Part shown: positions 27,690-38,714 of the stretch, one piece after another | Layout of the letters: each line of letters begins with the position of its first letter | How positions within the stretch are numbered: the stretch's first letter is position 1 | Assembly: GCA_028712475.1 (NCBI GenBank) | Contig: JAQTQB010000012.1 | Span: 8,029-72,028 of the forward strand | Origin: Verrucomicrobiales bacterium | GTDB taxonomy: Bacteria; Verrucomicrobiota; Verrucomicrobiia; Limisphaerales; UBA11358 | Length of the DNA: 64,000 nucleotides | Direction: 5' to 3' | Position numbers and translations under genes: made by a program | Notes under the pieces: generated by a model | Told to the model about the DNA's origin: nothing | Seen by the model: the letters and a program-made list of their open reading frames with translations, nothing else | Databases searched by the model: none

Positions 27690-29036
27690 CCGGTGAAGCC
27701 GATCTACCAATTGATTTACTGGGGCTATCGCGCCACGAGCGGCGGGTGGTATTGGGCGAGCCGGCGGTTCACGCTGGCGGGCTTGTGCGTGGCGGGCGGT
27801 TTCATCGTGGCGGGCGCGGTCGGCTCGGACATCGAGAACACCGTCATTTACCAGGCTTTCGCGCTGTTGCTGGCGCTGTTGCTCCAGGCCTTCGCGTGCA
27901 GTTTTTTCTTTCGCGCCAGGTTTTCCGCGACCCGTTCCCTGCCGCGATTTGGAACGGCGGGCCTGCCGCTTCAATATTCACTGCGGGTGAAAAACCTCAC
28001 CGCGAAAACCCAGGCCGGCCTGACGCTGCTGGAAGAAGTGGCCGACCCGCGCCCGAAGTTTCCAGAATGGCTGGCGTTTCAAATGGCCGAAAGCCGGCGC
28101 GTCCGCCCGTTCCGGGTCACACAACGGCGAAGGAAGAATCCGTTCCGGCTCGCGACGGTGAAGGAAATGGAAATGCCACCGATGCCGCCGAATGGGGAGA
28201 CCGAAGTGCGCGTGGAGGTTTTGCCCATGCGGCGCGGAGTCCTGCATTTCACAGGAGTGACTCTGGCGCGGCCCGATCCGCTGGGATTGTTCCGCTCGTT
28301 CGTAAAAATTTCCGCGCCGCAGACCGCCTTGATTTTGCCGAAGCGTTATCCGATTCCAACCATCGCGCTGCCGGGCGCGTTGCGTTATCAGGAAGGCGGC
28401 GTGGCTCTGGCGGCGAACGTCGGGCGCAGCGAGGAATTTGTCTCGTTGCGCGAGTATCGGCACGGCGATCCGATGCGGCACATCCACTGGCGGAGCTGGG
28501 CCAAGGTCGGCAAGCCCATCGTGAAGGAGTTCGAGGATGAATTTTTTGTGCGTCACGCGCTGGTGCTGGACACCTTCGACGAGGAGCCGAACAGCGAAAT
28601 TTTGGAGGAGGCGGTGTCTGTCGCGGCCTCCTTCGCCTGCACGATTTTGACGCAAGAATCGCTGCTCGATTTGCTGTTCGTCGGCAACCAGTCGTATTGC
28701 TTCACCGCCGGTCGCGGGCTGGCGCACGCGGAACAGATGCTGGAAATCCTGGCCTCGGTAAAAAATTGCGCGGACAAGAAATTCGAGACGTTGGAACACC
28801 TTGTCATCAGCCATATTTCAGCCGTGAGCGGCTGCATCTGCGTGCTGCAACGCTGGGACGAGGCGCGGAAAAGCTTCGTGAAGAAATTGCGCGCGCTCAA
28901 CATTCCGTTGCTGGTGCTGGTCGTGGTGGGGGCGGGCGAAAAGAAACCGGACGCCGGGCCGATGCGCGACGAGCCGGAAAATTTCCGCGTTCTGGAGATC
29001 GGTCGCATCGCGGAAGAACTGGCGAAATTACAGTGA
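27687..29036 (+). CDS. DUF58 domain protein (MoxR partner)
   Basis: Two N-terminal TM helices and the motif SLREYRHGDPMRHIHWRSWAKVGKPIVKEFE. TTG start in the ORF track. Confidence 0.8.
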   Translation: MPVKPIYQLIYWGYRATSGGWYWASRRFTLAGLCVAGGFIVAGAVGSDIENTVIYQAFALLLALLLQAFACSFFFRARFSATRSLPRFGTAGLPLQYSLRVKNLTAKTQAGLTLLEEVADPRPKFPEWLAFQMAESRRVRPFRVTQRRRKNPFRLATVKEMEMPPMPPNGETEVRVEVLPMRRGVLHFTGVTLARPDPLGLFRSFVKISAPQTALILPKRYPIPTIALPGALRYQEGGVALAANVGRSEEFVSLREYRHGDPMRHIHWRSWAKVGKPIVKEFEDEFFVRHALVLDTFDEEPNSEILEEAVSVAASFACTILTQESLLDLLFVGNQSYCFTAGRGLAHAEQMLEILASVKNCADKKFETLEHLVISHISAVSGCICVLQRWDEARKSFVKKLRALNIPLLVLVVVGAGEKKPDAGPMRDEPENFRVLEIGRIAEELAKLQ

Positions 29037-29041
29037 AAGCC

Positions 29042-29144
29042 AAACATCCAACTTTGAACATTCAACGCCCAACATTCAATGGGCGGACGGAGTTCGCTGG
29101 CTGCGTTCGATGTTCGAGGTTCGAGGTTGAACGTTCGATGTTTC
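29042..29144. repeat. heptamer-periodic palindromic element, family D (aacattcaac / gttcgaggtt arms)
   Basis: aacatccaactttgaacattcaacgcccaacattcaa ... ttcgatgttcgaggttcgaggttgaacgttcgatgtt. A sister copy lies at 54648-54743. Confidence 0.7.
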
Positions 29145-29151
29145 CCCGCTT

Positions 29152-31263
29152 ATGAAAACGCCGCCGTTTCTTCTTCTGGCCACCCTCGTTTTCTGGGGCT
29201 GGCAGTCGGGATTTTTGCTCGCCGGCGCAATCATGGGCGTTGTGCTGGAAAGCGCGCGACTCGTCAAGGTGCGGTGGGATTTGACGGAGGAGGATTTCCG
29301 CCGGATCTGGAATTTTTGCGTGCTGCTGGCGCTCGCGCTGGTGGTCTATGCCTTTGCCGCGAACGAGGAGGGCGGAGGATTGAGCGGTTTGCTTCAGTCT
29401 TCAGCCGCCGCAGCAACCCGCAACGCCGGCCTTTCCGCGACCGCGTTTCTGCGCTGGCTGCCGATGACGCTGTTCTTGTTCATCGCCGCACAATTGTTCA
29501 GCGAGCGAGGGGCCGTGCCGCTCTCGGCGATTTCATTCTTCGCCCGCAGGCGGAAAGGGAGCGGGACAGCGGAACGACATGTAAATGTTTCGTATCCGTA
29601 TTTCATCGTGTGCCTGTTCTCCGCCGGCATCCACGCAAACCAGGGGACGCACACGTATTTTTTTGGACAAGCCATCCTGATCGTGTGGGCCTTGTGGTCG
29701 TTGCGTTCGCGGCGGTTTGGCATCGTGGCCTGGCTGTGCGCGCTTGCGGTGGTGATGGGGATCGCTTACGCCGGCCACCTTGGCGTCAATCAGGTGCGGC
29801 AGATGCTCGAAGGTTACAACGCGCAGTGGATTGCGCGCTTCATGCGGCAAAGAACGGATGCCGCGCTAAGCGTCACGTCCATGGGACAGATCGGGAGCTT
29901 GAAATTGTCACCGCGCATCGTCATCCGGCTGGAGCCGAAAAATGGCGGCGCGCCGCCGGAATATCTGCGGGAGGCGAGCTACCGGAGCTACCGTTCGCTT
30001 AAACAAACGTGGCATGTGGGTGATTCGCGGGACGAATTCACGGATCTGCTGGCCGAAACAAATGGCACGACCTGGGTTTTGCTGCCCGGCAAAACCAACT
30101 CCTCGGTTGTCAACATCGCGTGCTACCTGAATGGCTGGTCGCGGGATCTTGACGCGCCAGATGGTTTGCTGCCATTGCCGGCGGGCAGTGGCCGGCTGGA
30201 AAAACTTCCCGTGTTTACGCTAAAAACCAGCAAGAACGGCGCGGTGCTGGCCGGCGGCCCGGGCCTGGTGATTTTTGATGCGCGTTACGGCCCAGGTGCG
30301 ACGATTGATTCACCACCAGCCAGCACCAATTTTGATCTGGATGTGCCGACCAATGAAGTTCCGGCGCTCGACCTGGTGGTTTCCGAAATGGACATTTCCG
30401 GCGCGAACACACGGCAGAAACTTCGCGCCGTCCAAAATTTTTTCGCGGGCAAGTTCACCTACAGCACCTGGCAGGGGCCGGACAAGGCGGCGCGCACGAA
30501 CGAGACCGTGCTGGGCCGTTTTCTGCTGAACAGCCGCAGCGGCCATTGCGAATACTTCGCCACGGCCACGGTCTTGCTGTTGCGGCAGTTGAACATCCCG
30601 GCGCGTTATGCGGTCGGCTACGTCGTCCACGAAAAATCCGGCCGCGGCTACGTTGTCCGCGAACGTGACGCGCACGCGTGGTGCCTCGCGTGGGACGATC
30701 AGGCCAAAGCTTGGGTGGATTTTGACACCACGCCGGGTTCGTGGGTGGCGGAGGAAGGCAAACGTGCGTCGCCGCTGGAATGGCTCTCGGATGCGCGGTC
30801 GTGGCTCGGGTTTCAGTTCGCAAAATTCCGCTGGGGCCAGACCAATTTGCGCCAGTATGTCCTGTGGGCGCTGGTTCCCGTGCTGGCGTTGCTGCTCTAT
30901 CAGATCATCTTCCGGCGCGGCCGCAGACGCCGGATGCGGCCAAAAACTGGAATCTCCGCCGCCGCGATTTTCTGGCCGGGTCTGGACTCCGAATTTTACC
31001 TGCTCGAACGCAGACTGGCCGCGCTCGGCGTGCCGCGGCAGCCCAGCGAACCGCTGTCAGACTGGCTGGCTCGCGCGCTGGCCGATCCGGCGCTGGCCGG
31101 TTTGCGGACGCCATTGCAGGAACTGTTGCGGCTGCACTACCGCCATCGCTTCGACCCGGCCGGCTTGAGCAACGAAGAGCGGGAAACGCTGGCTCGTGAA
31201 ACAAAAACCTGTCTAGACAGCCTGTCCATGGCGGCGGGGTTCTTACGCGCTGATCGGGCTTAA
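29152..31263 (+). CDS. transglutaminase-like membrane protein (TgpA-like)
   Basis: N-terminal TM bundle. Cys-His-Asp core contexts SGHCEYFATATVLLLRQLNIPARYAVGY, RDAHAWCLAW and VDFDTTP. One late TM. Confidence 0.85.
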   Translation: MKTPPFLLLATLVFWGWQSGFLLAGAIMGVVLESARLVKVRWDLTEEDFRRIWNFCVLLALALVVYAFAANEEGGGLSGLLQSSAAAATRNAGLSATAFLRWLPMTLFLFIAAQLFSERGAVPLSAISFFARRRKGSGTAERHVNVSYPYFIVCLFSAGIHANQGTHTYFFGQAILIVWALWSLRSRRFGIVAWLCALAVVMGIAYAGHLGVNQVRQMLEGYNAQWIARFMRQRTDAALSVTSMGQIGSLKLSPRIVIRLEPKNGGAPPEYLREASYRSYRSLKQTWHVGDSRDEFTDLLAETNGTTWVLLPGKTNSSVVNIACYLNGWSRDLDAPDGLLPLPAGSGRLEKLPVFTLKTSKNGAVLAGGPGLVIFDARYGPGATIDSPPASTNFDLDVPTNEVPALDLVVSEMDISGANTRQKLRAVQNFFAGKFTYSTWQGPDKAARTNETVLGRFLLNSRSGHCEYFATATVLLLRQLNIPARYAVGYVVHEKSGRGYVVRERDAHAWCLAWDDQAKAWVDFDTTPGSWVAEEGKRASPLEWLSDARSWLGFQFAKFRWGQTNLRQYVLWALVPVLALLLYQIIFRRGRRRRMRPKTGISAAAIFWPGLDSEFYLLERRLAALGVPRQPSEPLSDWLARALADPALAGLRTPLQELLRLHYRHRFDPAGLSNEERETLARETKTCLDSLSMAAGFLRADRA

Positions 31264-31363
31264 ATTTTTGAACCGGAGAAAATTAAATTAACGGCAGGAA
31301 TTAAAGCGCCCCCAATTTTGAAGGCCATCGTCCAGAATTTTCACGCTTTCCCGATGTTCGAGA

Positions 31364-31717
31364 TGGTGGAGGCGGCGGGAATTGAACCCGCGTCCCAAGT
31401 CAACCTGCCAGCCGCGACTACATGCTTATTTCGGATAAAGTTTTCTGCTGTGCGATACTGTCCGAACTCAAGTCGCACTGCCTAGTCCGCATGATAAGAT
31501 CTCGGCCGACAACGCGCAGTCTCCGTCATCAACCATGCCTGCTGTTGCGTTCCTCCACCGTAGCAGGTGTCCAGTGGTGAACGTCGAGGCACTTAGGCCG
31601 CGAGAGCTAGTTCTTGATTAGCTGTTTTGTTTTGATGCGGATGATTAACGAGGCCAACGCATCGTCCTCGGCATGCCGCCTCTGGCGTGTTCACATGGTC
31701 GAAACCAGTGCGCCCCC
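31364..31717 (-). ncRNA. ssrA: tmRNA (SsrA)
   Basis: The reverse strand starts GGGGGCGCACTGGTTTCGAC and ends GGGTTCAATTCCCGCCGCCTCCACCA. The acceptor stem pairs with a G3:U wobble. There is an internal in-frame tag ...GCT AAT CAA GAA CTA GCT CTC GCG GCC TAA (ANQELALAA-stop). The resume codon was not proven. Confidence 0.9.
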
Positions 31718-31785
31718 ACAGAGTGACATTGCCATCATCGCCTGATTTGCCTCAATGGTCAAGCCAGCCGATAACGGCAGCTTCG

Positions 31786-31816
<31 letters not shown>

Positions 31817-31854
31817 CTGTTTTCAGCTCGGCGTTCTCCGTGCTTCTGTGGCAA

Positions 31855-31895
31855 AAATAAAAAAGCGGAGCCGGAATTTCTTCCAGCCCCGCTTC
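31855..31895 (-). terminator. Rho-independent terminator downstream of groEL
   Basis: On the minus strand: agcggggctggaa-gaaa-ttccggctccgct followed by a T-run. Confidence 0.7.
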
Positions 31896-31919
31896 TGTTA
31901 TTCGGTTCCTCAATGTAGT

Positions 31920-31938
31920 GTTGAGCCTCTGGCTCAAC
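31920..31938. repeat. short hairpin gttgagcc-nnn-ggctcaac
   Basis: The same hairpin recurs at 37205-37223, with a variant gttcggcc-tgt-ggccgaac at 37183-37201. Each lies just 3' of a minus-strand gene (groEL, pyrE). Confidence 0.6.
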
Positions 31939-31968
31939 TCATCGGCGCACAGCGACGACGCTACAATT

Positions 31969-33630
<1,662 letters not shown>

Positions 33631-33662
33631 TCAGTTTTTAATTTTTAATTTTTAATTTTGAA

Positions 33663-33956
33663 TTACTCCAACACGGCGAGGATGTCTTCGCTGCTCAAGA
33701 TTTTGTATTCCTTGCCGTCCAGTTTGATTTCCGTGCCGCCGTATTTGCTGCACAGGATGCGGTCGCCCTTTTTGACTTCAAACGGGATTTTCTTGCCGTT
33801 GTCGTCGAGTTTGCCCGTGCCGAGCGCGACGACGATGCTTTCAGTCGGTTTTTCCTTGGCGGAATCGGGGATGATGATGCCGCCCTTTTTGACTTCCTTC
33901 TCTTCGACGGCTTCCACGAGGATGCGGTCGCCGAGCGGTTTGATGTTCAATGCCAT
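33663..33956 (-). CDS. groES: co-chaperonin GroES
   Basis: [37 protein letters not shown]. 97 aa, 41 nt upstream of groEL. Confidence 0.97.
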   Translation of the reverse strand: MALNIKPLGDRILVEAVEEKEVKKGGIIIPDSAKEKPTESIVVALGTGKLDDNGKKIPFEVKKGDRILCSKYGGTEIKLDGKEYKILSSEDILAVLE

Positions 33957-34029
33957 ACTTTTTTCTTTTGGTTGTTGTTTTGTTTGACTGCTTAATTAAC
34001 TCCCGCCGCCCGAGCGGCGGGAAAGTGTT

Positions 34030-34570
34030 TTAGTTTCGTGCCGCTTGTTTTCGGAGCGCGGCTGTGTGCGCAGCACCAGCCGCAGCAACGTCCGAAATTG
34101 TTTGCGGGCAATCCCAACGGGATTGAGTCCTCCGTCCCAGGGTTGCGAGGAACGAGCTACCCTGGGTCACCCGCGATAAATTCCACCAACCCCAACGGGG
34201 TTGCGTCACGGTTGGCCGACGAAATGCCGCAACCCCGTTGGGGTTGGAAAAAATCTGGACGACGTTCACCCAAGGCAGATCGTTCCTCGCAACCTTGGGC
34301 TTTGAGCCGGAACCCCTTTGGGATTCATTTGCCAGCCCGCTTGAATTTGCGCCCGCCGTTTTGTCCCGCAGGGACGACCGGCAATAGCCCGGCGTTTCAA
34401 CGCCGGGTTGCGCCGCAAAATGAATCGAGTCCCGGAGGGACGGCTGGAATGGACGCGCGATTTCGGCCGTCCCTGCGGGACTTGACGCGCAGGGCGATCC
34501 GTTCCCGGCGTTGAAACGCCGGGCTATTTTCAGGCTGTCCCTGCGGGACAAAGTTGTCTGCGCTAATTTC
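34030..34570. repeat. dense block of nested inverted repeat copies
   Basis: 34105-34210 and 34228-34335 are inverted copies (gcaatcccaacgggattg...caaccccaacggggttgcg // cgcaaccccgttggggttg...cctttgggattcatttgc). 34385-34560 holds inverted copies of aatagcccggcgtttcaacgccggg and gtccctgcgggac motifs. Confidence 0.75.
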
Positions 34571-34572
34571 AT

Positions 34573-35010
34573 TCAAATTACATGAAACCCGATTTCTCTG
34601 CGTTGTTCTTCTTTTTTGACTTCTTCGACGTAACACAAAATTTGAAGAGTATCTTGGTGGCAGAGAAGCAAACACGGACTGCCATCAATATCACCTTCAA
34701 TCAGTATTCCATGATGAGATTCTTGGGAAAGTTGTTTTACATTCACGCACGCCCCATTAGCTAAAACCGCTAGAACCACTGCCTGTTGATTTTGCGGAAG
34801 CTGTTTTTTCCAATGGTTGATTCGCGCAGCGAGCCGTGAAACCATCACACCTGCGGATTCAAACTTATGACGCTCTTCATTCGTGGGCATGCGAATGTGT
34901 TGGATTGGCGGATAATTCATTGCCGGAATCCTCAAGTTTGCAAAAGCGTCGGTCATGCCTTTTGCAAAAGCACTAATACCCGGCGCGTTAAAGTTTGAAT
35001 CGGCTGACAT
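34573..35010 (-). CDS. hypothetical protein (145 aa), start 3 nt after the dnaK stop
   Basis: The ATG at 35010 follows the dnaK TAA (35016-35014) by 3 nt. Visibly AT-richer codon usage. No motif recognised. Confidence 0.45.
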   Translation of the reverse strand: MSADSNFNAPGISAFAKGMTDAFANLRIPAMNYPPIQHIRMPTNEERHKFESAGVMVSRLAARINHWKKQLPQNQQAVVLAVLANGACVNVKQLSQESHHGILIEGDIDGSPCLLLCHQDTLQILCYVEEVKKEEQRREIGFHVI

Positions 35011-35013
35011 AGA

Positions 35014-36957
35014 TTACTTCTTCTCGTCCACGACTTCCGCGTCAATCACGCCGTCGTCCTTTTTCTTTTCTTCGGACTTCGGTTCGCCGCCTTCCGGCTG
35101 CGCGCCTTCGGCACCCGGCTGGCCCTTTTCCGCCTGCGCCTTCGCGGCAGCGACCTTGTAAAGTTCGGTCGAGACGGCCTGCCAGACTTCGTTCAGCTTT
35201 TCGCTGCTGGACTTGATGGCGGCGGCGTCCGAGCCTTTGAGCGCTTCCTTCACCGCGTTCATCGCCGTTTCAATCTTGCTCTTGTCGTCGGCAGAAATCT
35301 TGTCCGCGCTTTCCTTGAGCAATTTCTCGGTGCGATAAACGGAGTTGTCCGCCTCGTTGCGCGTCTGGATTTCTTCCAGGCGGCTCTTGTCCTCGTCGGC
35401 GTGCGCCTCGGCGTCCTTGCGCATCTTCTCGACTTCGTCCTTCGAGAGACCGCTGCTGGCCGTGATGGAAATCTTCTGTTCCTTGCCCGTGCCCAGGTCT
35501 TTAGCGCCGACGTGCAAGATGCCGTTGGCATCAATGTCGAAGGTCACTTCAATCTGCGGCACGCCGCGCGGCGCGGGCGGAATGTCCGCGAGATTGAACC
35601 GGCCGATGGTCTTGTTGTCCTTGGAGAACTGGCGTTCGCCCTGGAGCACATGGATCTCCACGCCCGGCTGATTGTCCGAGGCTGTGGAGAAAATTTCTGA
35701 TTTGCGCGCGGGGATCGTGGTGTTGCGTTCGATCAATTTCGTGAACACGCCGCCGAGCGTCTCGATGCCGAGCGACAACGGCGTCACGTCGAGCAGGAGC
35801 ACGTCCTTCACGTCGCCCTTGAGCACGCCGCCCTGGATGCCAGCGCCGACGGCGACGACTTCATCAGGATTCACGCCTTGATGCGGCGGTTTATCCACGA
35901 GCTTGTGCGCGGTCTCAACCACGCGCGGCATGCGCGTCATGCCGCCGACGAGCACGAGCTCGTCAATCTTCGCGGCGTCAATGCCCGCGTCTTTCAAGCA
36001 GGCTTTCACCGGCCCGATGGTGCGTTCAAAAAGTTTGTCGGTGAGCTGCTCCATCTTGGAGCGCGTGAGCGATTTCTGGATGTGCTTCGGCCCGGTGGCG
36101 TCCGCCGTGATGAACGGCAGGTTGATGTCGTAAGTCTGCGCGCTGGAAAGGGCGATCTTGGCTTTTTCGGCTTCTTCCTTGATGCGCTGGAGCGCGTCGG
36201 GCTGCTTGCGGAGATCCATGTTATACTCGCGCTTGAATTCATCGAGAATCCAGTCCATGAGGCAGTTGTCCCAGTCGTCACCGCCAAGATGCGTGTCGCC
36301 GTTCGTGGCCTTCACTTCAAACACGCCGTCGCCGATTTCGAGAACGGAAATATCAAACGTGCCGCCGCCCAAATCGTAAACCGCGATTTTCTCGTCCTTC
36401 TTCTTGTCGAGGCCGTAAGCGAGCGATGCCGCCGTCGGCTCATTGATGATGCGCAGAACTTCGAGGCCCGCGATGCGACCGGCGTCTTTCGTGGCCTGAC
36501 GCTGCGAGTCGTTGAAATAAGCGGGAACGGTGATGACGGCCTGCGTGATTTTTTCGCCAAGGCGCGTTTCAGCATCGGCTTTGAGCTTGGAAAGAATCAT
36601 TGCGGAAATTTCCGGCGGAGAAAATTGCTTCGGCTTGCCGTCCACTTCGACTTCGACCGCGACGTCGCCGTTCGCGGCCTTCACGACTTTGTAAGGCACG
36701 CGTTTGATTTCTTCCTGCACTTCATCGAACTTGCGCCCCATGAAACGCTTGATGGAATAAACGGTGTTGCGCGAATTGGTCACGGCCTGGCGTTTGGCGG
36801 CATCGCCAACCACGCGTTCGCCGGATTTTGTGAATGCCACGACCGACGGCGTCGTGCGTTTGCCCTCGGAGTTTTCCAGCACCAATGGTTCGCCGCTGTC
36901 CATGACGGCCATGCAGGAGTTCGTGGTGCCCAAATCAATGCCTAATACTTTTGCCAT
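35014..36957 (-). CDS. dnaK: molecular chaperone DnaK (Hsp70)
   Basis: [43 protein letters not shown]. 647 aa. Confidence 0.98.
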   Translation of the reverse strand: MAKVLGIDLGTTNSCMAVMDSGEPLVLENSEGKRTTPSVVAFTKSGERVVGDAAKRQAVTNSRNTVYSIKRFMGRKFDEVQEEIKRVPYKVVKAANGDVAVEVEVDGKPKQFSPPEISAMILSKLKADAETRLGEKITQAVITVPAYFNDSQRQATKDAGRIAGLEVLRIINEPTAASLAYGLDKKKDEKIAVYDLGGGTFDISVLEIGDGVFEVKATNGDTHLGGDDWDNCLMDWILDEFKREYNMDLRKQPDALQRIKEEAEKAKIALSSAQTYDINLPFITADATGPKHIQKSLTRSKMEQLTDKLFERTIGPVKACLKDAGIDAAKIDELVLVGGMTRMPRVVETAHKLVDKPPHQGVNPDEVVAVGAGIQGGVLKGDVKDVLLLDVTPLSLGIETLGGVFTKLIERNTTIPARKSEIFSTASDNQPGVEIHVLQGERQFSKDNKTIGRFNLADIPPAPRGVPQIEVTFDIDANGILHVGAKDLGTGKEQKISITASSGLSKDEVEKMRKDAEAHADEDKSRLEEIQTRNEADNSVYRTEKLLKESADKISADDKSKIETAMNAVKEALKGSDAAAIKSSSEKLNEVWQAVSTELYKVAAAKAQAEKGQPGAEGAQPEGGEPKSEEKKKDDGVIDAEVVDEKK

Positions 36958-37182
36958 AAATTTATAAAAATTGGTTGAAATGAATTAACTGTTCACGACT
37001 TCAATGCAATAAGGATGCCGGGGGGCTCAATTCAGATAAAAACGAGCGGACTCATTGAAAACAAAAGGCGGAATGGGATTCGGTCACTTGCTGGAAAAGT
37101 TTCAAGGCTGTGTCAGGAGTGGCACAATGGCACAGTCATTGGGCGAATGGCGCAATTCGCATGGCGCAGTTGTGATTGTAGT

Positions 37183-37223
37183 GTTCGGCCTGTGGCCGAA
37201 CCAAGTTGAGCCACAGGCTCAAC
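37183..37223. repeat. two tandem short hairpins 3' of pyrE
   Basis: gttcggcc-tgt-ggccgaac and gttgagcc-aca-ggctcaac. Same family as 31920-31938. Confidence 0.6.
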
Positions 37224-37229
37224 ACTCCA

Positions 37230-37796
37230 CTATTTGCTGCCCGGTTTGACGGCGGGAATTTTAGCAAGGTCGGGCGGCAAATTCGCCGGCTCGAAGGTTT
37301 CCACCTGCAACGAAATCAAACTCACGAACGGCAGCCCAAAATTCACCGTGCCGTTGGAACGATCCACCACCATCGCCACGCCGACGACCTGCCCACCGTT
37401 TGCGCGGACGATATCCAAAGTTTCTTGAACGCGCCCGCCCTTGGTCACGACATCCTCCACGACGAGAATTTTTTCGCCCGCTGCGATCTTGAATCCGCGC
37501 CGAAGGACAAGTTTGCCTTCCTCTTTTTCGACGAAGATAAACCTCAAGCCAAGCTGCCGCGCGACTTCCTGGCCGATGACCAGTCCGCCCATCGCCGGCG
37601 AAACAACGGTGACTGCGCCGAGCGGTTTTAATTTCGCCGCCAGCGCCGCGCCGAGTTTTTCAACGATGGGCATCTGCTGGAGGGCGAGCGCGCATTGGAA
37701 AAATTGGCGGCTGTGCAAACCGCTGCGCAGAACGAAATGGCCTTCGAGCAATGCGCCCGAGTCGCGGAAAATCTGCAACGCTTCATCTTTTGTCAT
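37230..37796 (-). CDS. pyrE: orotate phosphoribosyltransferase
   Basis: The PRPP-binding loop KILVVEDVVTKGGRV and HFVLRSGLHSRQFFQ. Start set at the ATG giving MTKDEALQIF. Confidence 0.9.
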   Translation of the reverse strand: MTKDEALQIFRDSGALLEGHFVLRSGLHSRQFFQCALALQQMPIVEKLGAALAAKLKPLGAVTVVSPAMGGLVIGQEVARQLGLRFIFVEKEEGKLVLRRGFKIAAGEKILVVEDVVTKGGRVQETLDIVRANGGQVVGVAMVVDRSNGTVNFGLPFVSLISLQVETFEPANLPPDLAKIPAVKPGSK

Positions 37797-37812
37797 GGCG
37801 CGGATTTTAAGT

Positions 37813-37986
37813 CCAAAGCCCAAAGTTCAAAGTCTAAAGTCGTTCAATTTTGATTGGCACTGGTGGGGCGAGCGTCCTCGCGAGCCGCAACGTCGCTTTG
37901 ACAATAGCCGCCCGGGCTCGCGAGGACGCTCGCGCCACCCAGAATGCTTTCTGCTGGCTTCTGAATTCCGGATTCTGAATTCTTCC
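37813..37986. repeat. composite intergenic element: heptamer array + GC hairpin + heptamer array
   Basis: (ccaaagc/ccaaagt/tcaaagt/ctaaagt) at 37813-37840. Hairpin ggtggggcgagcgtcctcgcgagcc / gggctcgcgaggacgctcgcgccacc at 37862-37939. (ttctgaa/ttccgga/ttctgaa/ttcttcc) at 37959-37986. Confidence 0.7.
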
Positions 37987-37990
37987 GCGC

Positions 37991-38644
37991 GTGCCGAAGT
38001 GGATCAAACTCATCATCGCGGTTTTGCTGCTGCCCTTCTGCGCCGGTGCGGCGATGGCATTATTGAAAGTGCTGCATGCCTGCGGCGGCGCGGACACGAC
38101 GTGGATCCCCATTCTCGGCGGCGCGGCGTGCTGGATTGTCATCTTCTATCTGCTCCCGAAGCCGATGTGGATTTACGTTTTCGGCCATGAATTGACGCAC
38201 GCGCTGTGGACATGGTTGTTTGGCGGCGAAGTCAAAAAAATGAAGGTCAGTTCCAAAGGCGGCCACGTCATCATCTCCAAGACGAATTTCATCATCGCGC
38301 TCGCGCCGTATTTTTTCCCGTTGTATGTCGTGCTGGTCGTCGGCGTCTTCGCGCTGGGGAATCTGATCTGGAACTGGCACGGCTACCTCGTGTGGTTTCA
38401 TTTGTGCGTCGGCGCGGCGTATGCGTTTCACCTCACGCTGACCTTTCATGTGTTGCAGACGCGGCAATCGGACATCACGAGCCAGGGCTATATGTTTTCC
38501 GCCGTGATAATTTTTCTCGGCAACGTCAGCGTGCTGCTGTTCGGGATTCCGTTGCTGACGGCGAAAGTGGGAATGTTGAATTCGCTCGGCTGGTGGATGG
38601 AATGCACGGGCATGATTTTGCAATGGTTGCAGAGGGTGATTTGA
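37991..38644 (+). CDS. membrane zinc metallopeptidase-like protein (HExxH; M50B-like)
   Basis: GTG start, 5-6 TM helices, motif YVFGHELTHALWTWLFGG. Confidence 0.6.
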   Translation: MPKWIKLIIAVLLLPFCAGAAMALLKVLHACGGADTTWIPILGGAACWIVIFYLLPKPMWIYVFGHELTHALWTWLFGGEVKKMKVSSKGGHVIISKTNFIIALAPYFFPLYVVLVVGVFALGNLIWNWHGYLVWFHLCVGAAYAFHLTLTFHVLQTRQSDITSQGYMFSAVIIFLGNVSVLLFGIPLLTAKVGMLNSLGWWMECTGMILQWLQRVI

Positions 38645-38714
38645 GTCCGGGAAAATTTGTTAGCAATTCTGTCTTGAATTGTCCGGGTGTTTCGCTTCAT
38701 GCTTCACATCAGAT

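Noticed and set aside
31264-31363. Genomic island integrated at the 3' end of tmRNA.
   Set aside because: The flanking genes on the 3' side are the MoxR/DUF58/TGase triad with native composition. No integrase and no direct repeat of the tmRNA 3' end was seen.
33957-34030. Possible CIRCE (HrcA) operator upstream of groES, and likewise upstream of dnaK (36958-37010).
   Set aside because: No match to TTAGCACTC-N9-GAGTGCTAA. The taaaacact...gagttaatta similarity has the wrong spacing (about 21 nt). A sigma-32-like TTGAA...CATTT upstream of dnaK is too weak to call.
34030-34570. CRISPR array hypothesis for the repeat-dense regions (also 8330-8900 and 37813-37986).
   Set aside because: The repeats are inverted or palindromic and irregularly spaced, with no direct repeat-spacer periodicity and no cas genes in the window.
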